The notes under the pieces are model-generated. The model saw only the letters and a list, made by a program, of their open reading frames with translations. It searched no databases and had not been told where the DNA came from. A stretch of 64,000 nt of DNA, taken from the IMG/VR virus record IMGVR_UViG_2740892442_000004; one strand, given 5' to 3'. Source of the DNA: a virus. Taxonomy: Duplodnaviria > Heunggongvirae > Uroviricota > Caudoviricetes. Positions 26,771 to 37,498 of the stretch are shown piece by piece (positions within the stretch are counted from its first letter, which is position 1; each line of letters begins with the position of its first letter). Made by a program: the position numbers and the translations under genes.

Positions 26771-28879
26771 ATGTCTAAAAAACGTTCCATCAAAGAGGTT
26801 CAGGACTTCCGTGACAGTGTAAAACGAGTAGTCGCTCTCCTTTCAGGTAAAAACATCCCTGTTGCAGAACGAGGGGACGACGCTTATGTACGCTATAACG
26901 ATGATGGAGAGCCAATTCTCGTAAACATCCCATCAATCCCGGATAACGCAACACCGGCATTGATGAATGCTGTGCGCGGATTTCTCGATCATGAGGTTGC
27001 TCACATTTTGTTTACCGATATTCGTGTGTCCAACAAAATGAGAGAAAAAGGACGCGTTCCTTCCTGGTCGCTATGGAATGCCTTAGAAGACGTGTTCATC
27101 GAGCGAAAAATGGGTCAGGTCTTTAACGGAACAAGACGTAATCTGATGGCAACTCAGCGCCTTATAATCGAAAAAGTCTTTAAACCAAAGGCTTCAGAGG
27201 CTATTGCTTATTGTGGCAAAGATCAGCGCGCGCTTTTTCTAAACTTCTTTCTCTGTCCGGTTGTAAGAGCCTGGGATGGCCAAGCACCGTTCGTAGATTT
27301 CATGGATGAATATTGGCCTGTCATTGAGAAACCAATTTCATTATTAAAAGAACATGGTATCGATGTGGCCGTGCGTAACATGTCTTGCACCGAGGATTGT
27401 GTAAAGGTGGCTGCGACCATAGCTAAGATCCTCAAAGACACTGAAAGTGAAAGCAAAGGTAAGGAGTCAGCTCCGGGAAAAACTTCCGATCCTTCAGACG
27501 CTGACCAGACGGATGCCTCTGGAGAAAACAATGAAGACAACGAAGATCATGAGACACCCTCAGCGTTAGATAATCACAAATCTATCAAATCAGAATCACA
27601 CAGTAAGCACAAACATGATAATAACGACGGTGATGATTCAGATAATTCTGAATCATCAGAAACAATATTCGATGATACAGAAAATGATAAAGAGGTATCA
27701 GATTCTGATGCTTCTGATAACGCGGTGTCAGAATCATTTACCGCTGACCACGAAAAAAGAAAAACGACAGAAGACGGCTCTTCAGATATCCCAACTCCGT
27801 CAAAAATGAGTCTGGAAGAGGCTTTAGAGGAGCTGGATAGCATAGAAGATGAAGTCGGAGGCATGACAGAAGATGCTCTATCCGAAACGATTAAAAGCGA
27901 GTTAACAGAAAGCTCGAAAAGCGAATACAGGCCATACAATCGCTCATACGACTTCATCGGCTCGATTGATCAGGCAGAAGCCCATATCAAACGGCTTATT
28001 AAAACATTCTCCGATATTGATTTAGGTGGATATCCAATCAGCCGTTATCGCATCGTTCCTGAAGGCAACCAACTCTTCGACAAATATATTGAAAAGCACC
28101 TTTCGTCAGGTGTTTCGTCGACGCTGGCAAAAGACCTGGAGCGAGCAATAGCAAGCAGAAACAGAGTTCAGTTTATACCTGGCCAGCGTCGGGGGCGCAT
28201 TCATGGTTCAAGTATCTACAGATTAACAATGAATGATGATCGCGTGTTTCGTAAAAAAGAAGAATCTAAAGCCGTTAACGCCTGTGTTCAACAAGTGATT
28301 GATTTATCGGGTTCAATGAGTGGCGAAACGATAAAACTAGCTCTTGCAAGTGCATATACCATCGCCGATGCACTTGATCGAATAAATGTTCCCAACATTA
28401 TCACCGGCTTCACTACATTTGGTAGTCATATGGCGGCAGGAGAACTTAAGGCTGTCAAGTATGAGTTCTCTCGCTTTGAATCTTTAATGCTACCTATCAT
28501 CAAAAATTGGAATGAAAAGGTAAATTCTCGCGAAGTTCGCTCACGTATGGGGTGCGTAGGCTACACATTCCCACTTCTTAATAACGTGGATGGTGAAAGC
28601 ATAGCCAGCCTTGCATCGTTATTTTCCGGTCGCATGGAGGACAGGAAGATCATGCTTGTTCTGAGTGATGGCGCGCCGTGGGCTGTTGGGAGAGGTTTTG
28701 ACGCTCATTTGCGTTCAGTTGCGAAGCAAATTGAAACGCAGACTGATATTGATTTGATGGCAATTGGCATCATGACTGACGCACCGGAGAGATTTTACTC
28801 AAATCATGCCCTGGTAACGAGCGTTGATAGTCTTGGTTCATCTGTAGTTACTGAACTATCTCGTATCATTTTAAAGTGA
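26771..28879 (+). CDS. CobT-like protein with C-terminal von Willebrand factor A domain
   Basis: 702 aa; long acidic Ser/Asp/Glu-rich linker; C-terminal VWA-like region (DLSGSMSG MIDAS-like motif); immediately upstream of a CobS-like AAA+ ATPase gene. Confidence 0.7.
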   Translation: MSKKRSIKEVQDFRDSVKRVVALLSGKNIPVAERGDDAYVRYNDDGEPILVNIPSIPDNATPALMNAVRGFLDHEVAHILFTDIRVSNKMREKGRVPSWSLWNALEDVFIERKMGQVFNGTRRNLMATQRLIIEKVFKPKASEAIAYCGKDQRALFLNFFLCPVVRAWDGQAPFVDFMDEYWPVIEKPISLLKEHGIDVAVRNMSCTEDCVKVAATIAKILKDTESESKGKESAPGKTSDPSDADQTDASGENNEDNEDHETPSALDNHKSIKSESHSKHKHDNNDGDDSDNSESSETIFDDTENDKEVSDSDASDNAVSESFTADHEKRKTTEDGSSDIPTPSKMSLEEALEELDSIEDEVGGMTEDALSETIKSELTESSKSEYRPYNRSYDFIGSIDQAEAHIKRLIKTFSDIDLGGYPISRYRIVPEGNQLFDKYIEKHLSSGVSSTLAKDLERAIASRNRVQFIPGQRRGRIHGSSIYRLTMNDDRVFRKKEESKAVNACVQQVIDLSGSMSGETIKLALASAYTIADALDRINVPNIITGFTTFGSHMAAGELKAVKYEFSRFESLMLPIIKNWNEKVNSREVRSRMGCVGYTFPLLNNVDGESIASLASLFSGRMEDRKIMLVLSDGAPWAVGRGFDAHLRSVAKQIETQTDIDLMAIGIMTDAPERFYSNHALVTSVDSLGSSVVTELSRIILK

Positions 28880-28974
28880 ACAAAACAGCCTTAACGATAA
28901 GTAACCACTTACGATAGATAATGATATATTTATATAAGAAGTTGAACGCTCATTAGAAAACAAAGGAAAAACGC

Positions 28975-30210
28975 ATGACTACTACTGCACTGCAAAATGA
29001 AAAAAATCCTTCTGATTACCTTGTTTGCAAGTGGTGCGGAAAATCATTTCACTATTTTAAGTCCCATGTAGCCAATGGTAATTGCGAGGGCATTCCTGAG
29101 TCAGTAAAAGATGCCGATCCTGACACCGTACTGAAAATGTACACAACACAGTTTCCAGATGAGCCAACGCTATCGAAAAAGGCACTTGATGCAATTCAAG
29201 CTAAACGTGCCGAGCAAAAAAGCGAAATGGCCAAATCATCTGGCGTGACCAGTAGCCCAGGCTACACAGGCACAGTTGAGTACAAGACAGATCTGGTCGC
29301 AGCTCACGAACTGCTAAATGTAACGGTGAAAGAACTCGGAACAAAACGTGGGACGCCGCTCATGGTTAGCGTCAACGTCAATACGCCGTTTCCAGAGTTC
29401 GTTCCTGAAGTGAAGAAGGGATACGTATATGGCGACTTCGAACTGATCAAAGACATTTTCATGATGCTTGAACTTGGCATACCTGGCTATTTGTGGGGTC
29501 ATGCAGGAACAGGCAAATCTTCATTGCCTACACAACTATGTGCTTTGCTCAATCGTCCGTTAATCCGTGCCCAACATACAGCATCAATGGAAGAGGCTCA
29601 TGTTACGGGACAAATTCTGGCGCGTGATGGCTCTACGTATTTCGAGCCTGGCTTGCTTGCGCTCGCAATGAAGCATGGCTGGGTTTACCTCGCGGATGAA
29701 TACGACTTTGCGTTTCCACAGATTCTTGGCGTGTATCAGCCAGTGCTGGAAGGTGAAGCGTTGGTCATCAAAGAGGCGACTCCAGAATGGCGTCGCATTA
29801 CTCCGCATGAACGGTTTGCTTTCATTGGCACTGGCAACACGAACGGATCTGGTGATGAAACCGGCTTGTACCAGGGTACAAACATCCAGAACGCCGCGAA
29901 CTTTTCGCGTTTTGGCATCGTTTCGAATGTGAAATACATGAGCAAAGAGGCAGAGATCAACATGTTGATAAATGCCGGTATCGTGGATGAATACGCAGAA
30001 AAGATGGTTAAGTTTGCCGGTATCGTTCGCGATGGATACGAAGAACACCTTATCAGTCAGCCAATTGGCCCTCGTGAACTTTTGTTGTCGGCCAAGATTG
30101 GAATGATGCGAGGCGACTTTGTGACAGGTATTGAGCGTTCTTTCATTAACAAACTCCCTTCAGCTTCTGCACAAGCGGCTCGTGAAGTTGTTCAAAAAAT
30201 ATTTGGTTAA
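28975..30210 (+). CDS. CobS-like AAA+ ATPase (MoxR-type)
   Basis: Walker A HAGTGKSSL, Walker B WVYLADEYD; 411 aa; pairing with the CobT-like VWA gene. Confidence 0.75.
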   Translation: MTTTALQNEKNPSDYLVCKWCGKSFHYFKSHVANGNCEGIPESVKDADPDTVLKMYTTQFPDEPTLSKKALDAIQAKRAEQKSEMAKSSGVTSSPGYTGTVEYKTDLVAAHELLNVTVKELGTKRGTPLMVSVNVNTPFPEFVPEVKKGYVYGDFELIKDIFMMLELGIPGYLWGHAGTGKSSLPTQLCALLNRPLIRAQHTASMEEAHVTGQILARDGSTYFEPGLLALAMKHGWVYLADEYDFAFPQILGVYQPVLEGEALVIKEATPEWRRITPHERFAFIGTGNTNGSGDETGLYQGTNIQNAANFSRFGIVSNVKYMSKEAEINMLINAGIVDEYAEKMVKFAGIVRDGYEEHLISQPIGPRELLLSAKIGMMRGDFVTGIERSFINKLPSASAQAAREVVQKIFG

Positions 30211-30212
30211 TC

Positions 30213-30416
30213 GTGCGTAAAGGATGTTTCGGCTCTCTTATCGCTGCTTCTGAAACTGGTAAGGCTTGTCTGGTGTGTCCAGACAAGCCCGATTGTCACC
30301 AATCAGCAAAAGAAGTTGCGATTTCGATGCATGGGAAGTTCGTAGGCTTCCCCAATGACAAAATCAAAAAAACCAGAAAGGTAAAAACACATGAAGGCAC
30401 TGATGGTTCGAACTGA
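30213..30416 (+). CDS. Hypothetical small Cys-rich protein (uncertain)
   Basis: 67-aa ORF with GTG start and CLVCPDKPDC motif; overlaps polymerase start by 26 nt. Confidence 0.25.
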   Translation: MRKGCFGSLIAASETGKACLVCPDKPDCHQSAKEVAISMHGKFVGFPNDKIKKTRKVKTHEGTDGSN

Positions 30417-33400
30417 CTTCTCACTTGGGGAGTCGGCTCTAAAAGCAGAAAACGCGGTGAAGATTGCCAGAGAAGCTGGCTACACCGCTGTAATTTCAGC
30501 AGATAGCATGAATATTGCGAGCGTTATTCCACTACAACGTGCCGCTGGTGACGACATGGCGGTTATTTGTGGTGTGAAACTAAACATTGTTGATGATCCC
30601 ACATACGAGCACCGGGCTAAACTTGCTAAAGAATCTATGAGATGTATGGAATCATTAGAGCGGGGACGTAACTACTCGTTTACCGCTCTAATTAAAAATG
30701 AGCAAGGATATCGCGACATCTGCGAACTAATGACGGCGGCCAACACACGAGAACAGTTCTACTTTGTACCGCGTCTCTCGCTCGAACAGTTGGTTTCTAC
30801 ATATGCCAAAGGCAACATCATCCTGCTTACTTCCGACATCGGTAGCGTGTTCCAACGCAACGATTTTGCAAAAATCATAAGCACACTGATTACAGCGGGT
30901 GGAAAAGACAACTTCTATAGTGTGGTTTATCCGCACCCTACTCCATTCTACGACCAGATTAACGTCCGGGCGATGAAAGTCGCCAGCGCATTGAAAATAG
31001 AGCCAGTGGCGTTCTATCCCGCTTATTACGAATCGATCGACGATGCAGACATTAAAGACATTGCGCACATGGTTACGAACAACATCAAAATCGACCAGCC
31101 GCATCGTCTGCGTATCCCCCACCAGCGAGATAACGCCGTCAATGGTCGCCGCCATCTCCTTGAGGCGCTTAAAGCCTTCTCCGTTCGCATGGATGTGCCG
31201 GTAACAGCTGCAATGGCCTCAACAACGCAGGATACCATTATCGATGCCTGCACATGGCGCTGGCATGAATTGCCGCCAGCACTGCCAAAGATGGCAGACG
31301 ACGAGCCTGCAACGCTTATGAAACTGGCTGTTGCAGGGCTGCGTAAACGTCTTACCACAAAAGAGTTTGGCTACACACCACCTGCTTCTGAGAACAGGGT
31401 TTATGTTGAGCGGCTAAAGTACGAAATGGACACGCTGACTCGCCTGGGATTTTGTGGTTACTTCCTGATGGTACGCGATCTGATGAATCATAGTCGTGAA
31501 ACTGGCATTCCCGTTGGGCCTGGTCGTGGTTCCTCTGCCGGTTCTCTGGTGGCGTGGTGCATAGGCATAACCAACGTCGACCCAATCCGTCACGGTCTTC
31601 TGTTTGAGCGTTTCATCAACCCTGAGCGTCTCGACTTGCCGGATGCGGACTTGGACTTCAGCCAGGCACGTCGCCATGAGGTGATCGAGTATCTGAATGA
31701 ACGCTACGGCGAAGATTACGTTGCGGGTATTCCGAACTTCACCTACCTGGGCGCAGCCTCTGCACTACGTGATACCGCTCGTATTTATGGTGTGGAGTCC
31801 GCAGATATGGCGGTATCAAAAGAACTGAAGAACGTCGAGGATGATAGCCTTCCATTGGAAGAGCTGCGCGAACAACTGGCAAGTCTCGACAAATACGCAA
31901 CAAAATATCCTGATGCATTCAATGCAGCCTGCAAGTTACAAAGCCTTATGCGTGGCTTTGGTAGACATGCGGCAGGGATGATCGTAGCAGGTGTTCCTCT
32001 GACAGAACGTACACCGGTTGAGCGCCGTGGTGACGCGCGTTGTATCGCATTTGACAAGCGTTACTGCGAGGCTATGGGCCTAATTAAGCTGGACGTGCTT
32101 GGCCTGGCAACTCTCGATTTGCTCGATAGTGCAAAACTCTACATAAAAGAGAACACAGGTGAAGATATCAATCTTGATGCCATTTCTCTTGAAGATCGCA
32201 AGGTGCTGGATGGTTTTGCTGCTGGGTACAGTCAAGGTGTTTTCCAGCTTGAATCAGGCCCAATGCGCAAGCTGCTTAAAGATTTAGGTGGTGGAATTGA
32301 GCCAATGAGCTTTAAAACGGTCGTCGCTACAACTGCGCTCTTCCGGCCGGGGCCAATTCAATCAGGCATGTTGGATGACTATGTTTCTGTCGCCAAAGGC
32401 TTTATGACGCCGGAATCATTACACCCCGTTCTTGATGAACTTACCGCGGAAACAAATGGCGTGATTCTCTATCAGGAACAGACGATGAACGCGACTCGAT
32501 TGCTTGCCGGCTTCACAATGGCTGAAGCTGACGCTGTGCGTTCCGCAATCGGTAAGAAGAACATGGAAAAAATGAAGAGCATGGGCGAGAAGTTCATCGT
32601 TCAGGCTCAAGCTGGCTGGATAGACGTTGAGCTGGAAGATGGCACTACACAGCGCATTCACCGTGCGGAACATTTTAAATGCGAAGACGGAACTCTGAAA
32701 ACTGTCGAAGAGGCACTTGAGCACGGCGCAAAACTACCTATAAACGCAGTACGCGTTACAGCGTCACATCCAGGGCTATCAGAGATGAAAGCGAAGGAGA
32801 TCTGGACCGCATTTGAGAAAAACGGAGCCTATCAGTTCAATAAATCACACTCCGTTGCTTATTCTTTAATCAGTTATCAGTCTATGTGGCTAAAGACGCA
32901 CTACCCTGCTGAGTTCTTCGCAGCTGCGCTCACCATTCTGGGCGAGGATAAGCATCAGGGGCTGGTGAAGGATGCGCTGACCTATGGCATTCGCGTATTG
33001 CCACCAGACGTTAATGTGTCATCTAACCGAATTGAGATCCGCACACTCGAAGACGGCAGTCAGGCACTGTATGCGCCATTCTCTGCTGTGAAAGGCTGTT
33101 CTGAAAATGGTTGTCAGGCAATTATGCGTGCGCGTGAGAAAGTTGGTGGCAAATTCGAGTCAGTGGCACAATTCGATGAAGCGGTCGAGAAGCGTGCATG
33201 TAACAGTCGTGTACGCGAGTCGCTTCATAAAGTAGGGGCTTTTGCGTCAATTGAGCCAGGCAGTCTGCCAGCAACTGATCCTGAACGACTGCGCGACCAG
33301 GCTGAGCTGATGGGCAATCTCATCATTGACGCTGTTAAAGCATCACGTCCGTTCGAAATGAATCCTAAGCGTTCTGCCGAAATCAACGTACTCATGACAC

Positions 33401-33909
33401 GTATGGCGGCTGAAATGGGCTTGGGTGAGGAGTTGATACGCCCGACTATTGGTATTAAACCCAAAATCATGATCATTCTGGACAATGCGAACGGCAATGA
33501 CGCTCGTACCGGCTACTTCATGGAGAACGGATACGACGACTTTAAGGCAAAACTACTGACAGTTGGAGATCTGCGCATGGGCGATCTTTATGTCACGGGT
33601 GTTTGTAAGAAGGTTAAGGACAAAGAGAAAGACTATACCAAAGACGAGATAGGCCAGTTCACAGACTTTATGCGGGAAGAAATTAATCTTGTACGACCAA
33701 CCTACATTTTGACGTGTGGTAGTCGTTCAACCGCACTATTTAACAATAAGAGTAAACCATCAGATCTGATTGGTCGTAAGGAGTACTTCCCAGAGCTTGA
33801 TGCAACCGTCTTCTACGGATTTAACCCGAATATCCTGTACTTCCGACCGGAAGAAGGAGAGCGACTGGAGGCCATTCTGGCTGATATCGCGGAGACAATA
33901 AATAAGTAA
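30391..33909 (+). CDS. DNA polymerase III alpha-subunit-like replicative polymerase (DnaE family, PHP domain)
   Basis: VGPGRGSSAGSLVAWCIGITNVDPIRHGLLFERFINPER...PDADLDF closely parallels the DnaE catalytic core; 1172 aa. Confidence 0.85.
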   Translation: MKALMVRTDFSLGESALKAENAVKIAREAGYTAVISADSMNIASVIPLQRAAGDDMAVICGVKLNIVDDPTYEHRAKLAKESMRCMESLERGRNYSFTALIKNEQGYRDICELMTAANTREQFYFVPRLSLEQLVSTYAKGNIILLTSDIGSVFQRNDFAKIISTLITAGGKDNFYSVVYPHPTPFYDQINVRAMKVASALKIEPVAFYPAYYESIDDADIKDIAHMVTNNIKIDQPHRLRIPHQRDNAVNGRRHLLEALKAFSVRMDVPVTAAMASTTQDTIIDACTWRWHELPPALPKMADDEPATLMKLAVAGLRKRLTTKEFGYTPPASENRVYVERLKYEMDTLTRLGFCGYFLMVRDLMNHSRETGIPVGPGRGSSAGSLVAWCIGITNVDPIRHGLLFERFINPERLDLPDADLDFSQARRHEVIEYLNERYGEDYVAGIPNFTYLGAASALRDTARIYGVESADMAVSKELKNVEDDSLPLEELREQLASLDKYATKYPDAFNAACKLQSLMRGFGRHAAGMIVAGVPLTERTPVERRGDARCIAFDKRYCEAMGLIKLDVLGLATLDLLDSAKLYIKENTGEDINLDAISLEDRKVLDGFAAGYSQGVFQLESGPMRKLLKDLGGGIEPMSFKTVVATTALFRPGPIQSGMLDDYVSVAKGFMTPESLHPVLDELTAETNGVILYQEQTMNATRLLAGFTMAEADAVRSAIGKKNMEKMKSMGEKFIVQAQAGWIDVELEDGTTQRIHRAEHFKCEDGTLKTVEEALEHGAKLPINAVRVTASHPGLSEMKAKEIWTAFEKNGAYQFNKSHSVAYSLISYQSMWLKTHYPAEFFAAALTILGEDKHQGLVKDALTYGIRVLPPDVNVSSNRIEIRTLEDGSQALYAPFSAVKGCSENGCQAIMRAREKVGGKFESVAQFDEAVEKRACNSRVRESLHKVGAFASIEPGSLPATDPERLRDQAELMGNLIIDAVKASRPFEMNPKRSAEINVLMTRMAAEMGLGEELIRPTIGIKPKIMIILDNANGNDARTGYFMENGYDDFKAKLLTVGDLRMGDLYVTGVCKKVKDKEKDYTKDEIGQFTDFMREEINLVRPTYILTCGSRSTALFNNKSKPSDLIGRKEYFPELDATVFYGFNPNILYFRPEEGERLEAILADIAETINK

Positions 33910-33916
33910 TAAAGAA

Positions 33917-33938
33917 AACCCGCCTGTTGGCGGGTTTA
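33917..33938 (+). terminator. Rho-independent terminator after polymerase gene
   Basis: AACCCGCC-tgtt-GGCGGGTT followed by TAT. Confidence 0.65.
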
Positions 33939-34212
33939 TAAAGAATTATGGCGCTTGTTGAGGAAGTCACTCCTCTTACGCACTTTGTTTTGCCATGCCG
34001 GCAGTTAGCTTCTGCCTTTGACTATTCATGCGGCAACCCCGCATTTCGCCACAATGGGCAATTCACTTTTATGGAATAAACTGGCCGTTGTGTCGATTTA
34101 ATTAGCATGGCCTTACCATGCTAATTTATTCAACTTGTACAATCCTACAAATCTATCCACTCAGGCTTACACCGTCTTCGTTATTGTAGAAATGAGGATC
34201 ATCAGCGTTGAA

Positions 34213-34428
34213 TCAGCTTAGAGCAACGACATTTGCTGCTGCTGGGCCTTTAGCCCCATTCTCGATAGAGAATTCGACCTGCTGGCCTTCTTCCAAAGTG
34301 CGGAAATTATTACTCTGAATTGCCGAAAAATGTACAAAAACATCTTTACTGCCATCAGCAGGAGAAATAAAGCCAAAGCCTTTATCAGAGTTAAACCATT
34401 TTACTAAACCAGTCATTTTATTAGACAT
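34213..34428 (-). CDS. Cold-shock protein, CspA family
   Basis: [38 protein letters not shown]... with RNP motifs; start ATG 34428 with AAGAAGG ribosome-binding site; long 5' leader. Confidence 0.85.
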   Translation of the reverse strand: MSNKMTGLVKWFNSDKGFGFISPADGSKDVFVHFSAIQSNNFRTLEEGQQVEFSIENGAKGPAAANVVALS

Positions 34429-34757
34429 AGATATTACCTTCTTAATTTTGTGAGCCACATAGTGCGGCGAGAATTTGATCTGTATAGATTGGGACTTACT
34501 TAGGCACTTAAGGAGGAGACTCACGAAGAAGGGAAATCAGAAGATAACACTGAACTGAGACTGCTTTACTAAAACTGCTTACATAAGGTCTGTCTTGCAA
34601 ACCAACGATGCTATTAACGCATACCCCTTCTTTTCATGCAACCTTTATTTTTCAAAGATAACTAATTTTTGTCACCATTGGTTTAGTAAACGTTAACGAA
34701 CCAGACGATGCCAGACACCTTTACAGAGAACAGATGCCCGCCAATTGGCGGGCATCA

Positions 34758-35321
34758 TTATGCGCATTTCGCAATATCTTTGCGGCGTTTAATCAGTTTC
34801 TCCGCAATTTGCTCTATTTCGTTGAAATCTTTCGAGACGCTGTTTCGAAGCGCCAGATTCCATTTACTCAAAGTTCGGGCATTTTGGACAATTTGATCGC
34901 CCTCTTTAAGTCGTCCGTTATTCATGAGCCATTCAGCCACATCAGCCCAATCCCAGAGAGGAGACTGGCCTTTTATGCGTTGTACAGGGCAAGGGAAGTC
35001 GCCGCTTCCGCGCTTACCGTCTTTGAGCAACGCCACTGCCTGGCGAGACAGGTCTGTCAGTTCCGCGATATCGCTTAAGCCCACAAGAGCCGAGTCGACG
35101 GATTCAACAATTGCACCGATACCGGCTGATTCAATATTGTCGACCGCAGATGCGATAGCTGCATCAAGTGATTGTGCTTCGCGGTCAAATTCTACATAGA
35201 CGGAGTTTCCATATGCGCAAATTAGCGCATCGTCACAGCCGTTTTGGTACAGCGCGTCTTCCAGTCCTTCCGTCTCATACGATACGCCTGAGAGCGTCAG
35301 AGTGAAGTTATAAAGCGCCAT
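34758..35321 (-). CDS. DNA-binding protein with AlpA/Xis-like HTH; candidate HicB-like antitoxin
   Basis: Central FPCPVQRIKGQSPLWDWADVAEWL matches the AlpA-type HTH pattern; N-terminal domain of unknown fold; translationally close to upstream small gene. Confidence 0.4.
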   Translation of the reverse strand: MALYNFTLTLSGVSYETEGLEDALYQNGCDDALICAYGNSVYVEFDREAQSLDAAIASAVDNIESAGIGAIVESVDSALVGLSDIAELTDLSRQAVALLKDGKRGSGDFPCPVQRIKGQSPLWDWADVAEWLMNNGRLKEGDQIVQNARTLSKWNLALRNSVSKDFNEIEQIAEKLIKRRKDIAKCA

Positions 35322-35381
35322 AGTTTTCCTTTGAAGATAGTTGGACAGTTTCTGCAAAAGGCGGCTAATGCCGCCTTGAAA

Positions 35382-35606
35382 TCATTTACAACGATCAACC
35401 ATTCGTTTGATCTGTTTGGCATGGTTTTCGGGATTACCCGGAGTCGACCATACGCTCATTTGGTGAGTTTTGTGTTCACCTTCTGGATTACCGCATCGCA
35501 GTCTGCAAAAACAATGTGCAGCACCACCAGCTGCTACCCAGATCCAGCCTTTACTTAATGCATAGTCAATGGCTGCTTGAATATGCTTATTCGGATGTTG
35601 CTTCAT
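35382..35606 (-). CDS. Small protein, candidate HicA-like toxin
   Basis: 74 aa; SKGWIWVAAGGAAHCFC resembles the HicA GW..V...GSH.F core; GGAGG ribosome-binding site; 24-nt gap to downstream gene. Confidence 0.35.
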   Translation of the reverse strand: MKQHPNKHIQAAIDYALSKGWIWVAAGGAAHCFCRLRCGNPEGEHKTHQMSVWSTPGNPENHAKQIKRMVDRCK

Positions 35607-35860
35607 TCGCCTCCGATAATAGTATTCTATTCACAGTGTTGACATCTGTCAACGGCGACTGAATTTCATCCGTTCATGCCACACCCCCATCCATCTCATG
35701 TATGTGACCTAAAGATGGTCAGCACAGCTTACCAAAATAAGACAACTAATTATCTTCGGTGATCTCAATATTTTCCCCTGAACAAAGTTGACATGACGCC
35801 ATAAACCCGTTCTCTGTTTGATATAATTGATACAGATTTTATAAGTAGGAACCTATTAGA

Positions 35861-36292
35861 GTGAACACTGATATTTTTTCTAAAATCATGGCCGATCTGG
35901 AGTTCGACCGCGACAACCTTGAGGAAGTATGGCGTAAACAGCCACGGCTTTTAATGGAGTATGGGTCAAAACTAGCGCAGGCAGATCGAGATGTCGCAGA
36001 GGCAAAACTTAACCTTGAAGCTGTTGAAGCAAAGCTATACGACACAGAGCGTAAGAACTTGAGTATGAACGGCATTAAGTTCAACGAGTCTGTACTGGAC
36101 GCTAAGGTTAAAACAAACCCACAGTATCTGTCTAAACGGCAGAAGTTGGATGAAGCACGGCACATCGCAGACATATACAAACATGCTGTCGCCGCCTTTT
36201 CGCATCGCCGAGACATGATCGTTCAGGCGTCAAAGATGGCCATCGTTGAATTAGAGCGATTAGGCTCTGAACGCTTTATTACTCCCCGTTGA
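35861..36292 (+). CDS. Hypothetical protein (possible UvsY-like recombination mediator)
   Basis: 143 aa, predicted helical; lies just upstream of the SSB; similarity to UvsY is weak and positional. Confidence 0.3.
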   Translation: MNTDIFSKIMADLEFDRDNLEEVWRKQPRLLMEYGSKLAQADRDVAEAKLNLEAVEAKLYDTERKNLSMNGIKFNESVLDAKVKTNPQYLSKRQKLDEARHIADIYKHAVAAFSHRRDMIVQASKMAIVELERLGSERFITPR

Positions 36293-36409
36293 TTTTTGAT
36301 AGATAATAAGTAAGCACTGATCTATCATTTAACAGCTCGAAAGAGCCACGAATGAACGAAAGCCCAACGCGCATAGCGCCATCGGCCAAATCACAACAAG
36401 GAGAAACAC

Positions 36410-37438
36410 ATGTCTAAGACATTACTTGATTTGCTTAACAAAACTCGTGAAGACATTGCCGCCAAACGTGGCAACAACGTTGATCTGACTCGCTTAAAAG
36501 ACGGCGTCAACTATATCCGCATCTTCCCGAATAAAGACGACCCAAACGGTAAGTTCTTCCAGACTTTCGGTATGCACTACGTTAAGTATCAGAACGAGGA
36601 AGGTAAAGAAGCAACCAACGCTTATATTTGTGAGCAACATACTCACGGTCGCGCTTGTCAGCTATGCGAAATGGTTATGGAAGGTCGCGCTCGTCACAAG
36701 GGTAACAAAGCAATGGAAGAACGCATCGGTCAAATGCGTGCCACTCCTCGCTACCTGGTCAACGGCATTCTTTCTGCTCGTGAGGATTTCGCAGATGCTG
36801 AGAAATGCCAGTTAATCGAGCTGCCGTCTACTGTATTCGATGATATCTGCAAAGCAATCACCGAAGACATCGCTGATGATATCGGCAATCCACTGAGCAA
36901 AGAGGAAGGCTACGCATTCCTGATTAAACGTACTGGCTCTGGTCGCGATACCAAATATGACGTCTCGCCTAAGCGTAAAGTCTACAAAGGCGATATCGAA
37001 GATAAATTCTGGAACACCCAGCATGATCTGATCGCATACGCAAATCAGGCTGATGAAACTCGTCTTCTGTCGACAGTTCGCACTATGGGTCGTCTGATTG
37101 GCATCGCTGCACCAACTGCCGCAGCATCTGCACCAGCAATTTCCTCAACCGCGAAAACATCGGCTGCGGCACTACCTGGATTTGGCTCTGTCACTGGTCA
37201 TACAGAAGGAGCGACGGCTGTAGCAACCGCGCACACACCGGCTTCTGAACCAACCAGTCTGGTTGATGAAGAAATCCTCCGTGCCGTTGAAACTGAATTT
37301 AAACCAGAGGCAAGTTCCGCTGCCGTTGCCGTATCAGTCAAAGAGTCTGAAGCAGTCGCAGCGACATCTGTAGCAACCGCATCTGCGACGGAAGATGAAG
37401 GTCTGGATGACCTACTGAGAGAGCTGGACTCTCTGTAA
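36410..37438 (+). CDS. Single-stranded DNA-binding protein, T4 gp32-like
   Basis: IRIFPNKDDPNGKFFQTFGMHYV OB-fold start, zinc ligands CEQHTHGRACQLC, acidic C-terminal tail DDLLRELDSL. Confidence 0.6.
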   Translation: MSKTLLDLLNKTREDIAAKRGNNVDLTRLKDGVNYIRIFPNKDDPNGKFFQTFGMHYVKYQNEEGKEATNAYICEQHTHGRACQLCEMVMEGRARHKGNKAMEERIGQMRATPRYLVNGILSAREDFADAEKCQLIELPSTVFDDICKAITEDIADDIGNPLSKEEGYAFLIKRTGSGRDTKYDVSPKRKVYKGDIEDKFWNTQHDLIAYANQADETRLLSTVRTMGRLIGIAAPTAAASAPAISSTAKTSAAALPGFGSVTGHTEGATAVATAHTPASEPTSLVDEEILRAVETEFKPEASSAAVAVSVKESEAVAATSVATASATEDEGLDDLLRELDSL

Positions 37439-37454
37439 TCCCATTACGTGACCA

Positions 37455-37483
37455 GTAAGGCGTCTACGGACGCCTTACTTTTT
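37455..37483 (+). terminator. Rho-independent terminator after SSB gene
   Basis: GTAAGGCGTC-tacg-GACGCCTTAC followed by TTTTT. Confidence 0.7.
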
Positions 37484-37498
37484 GGAAGGAATGTACCG

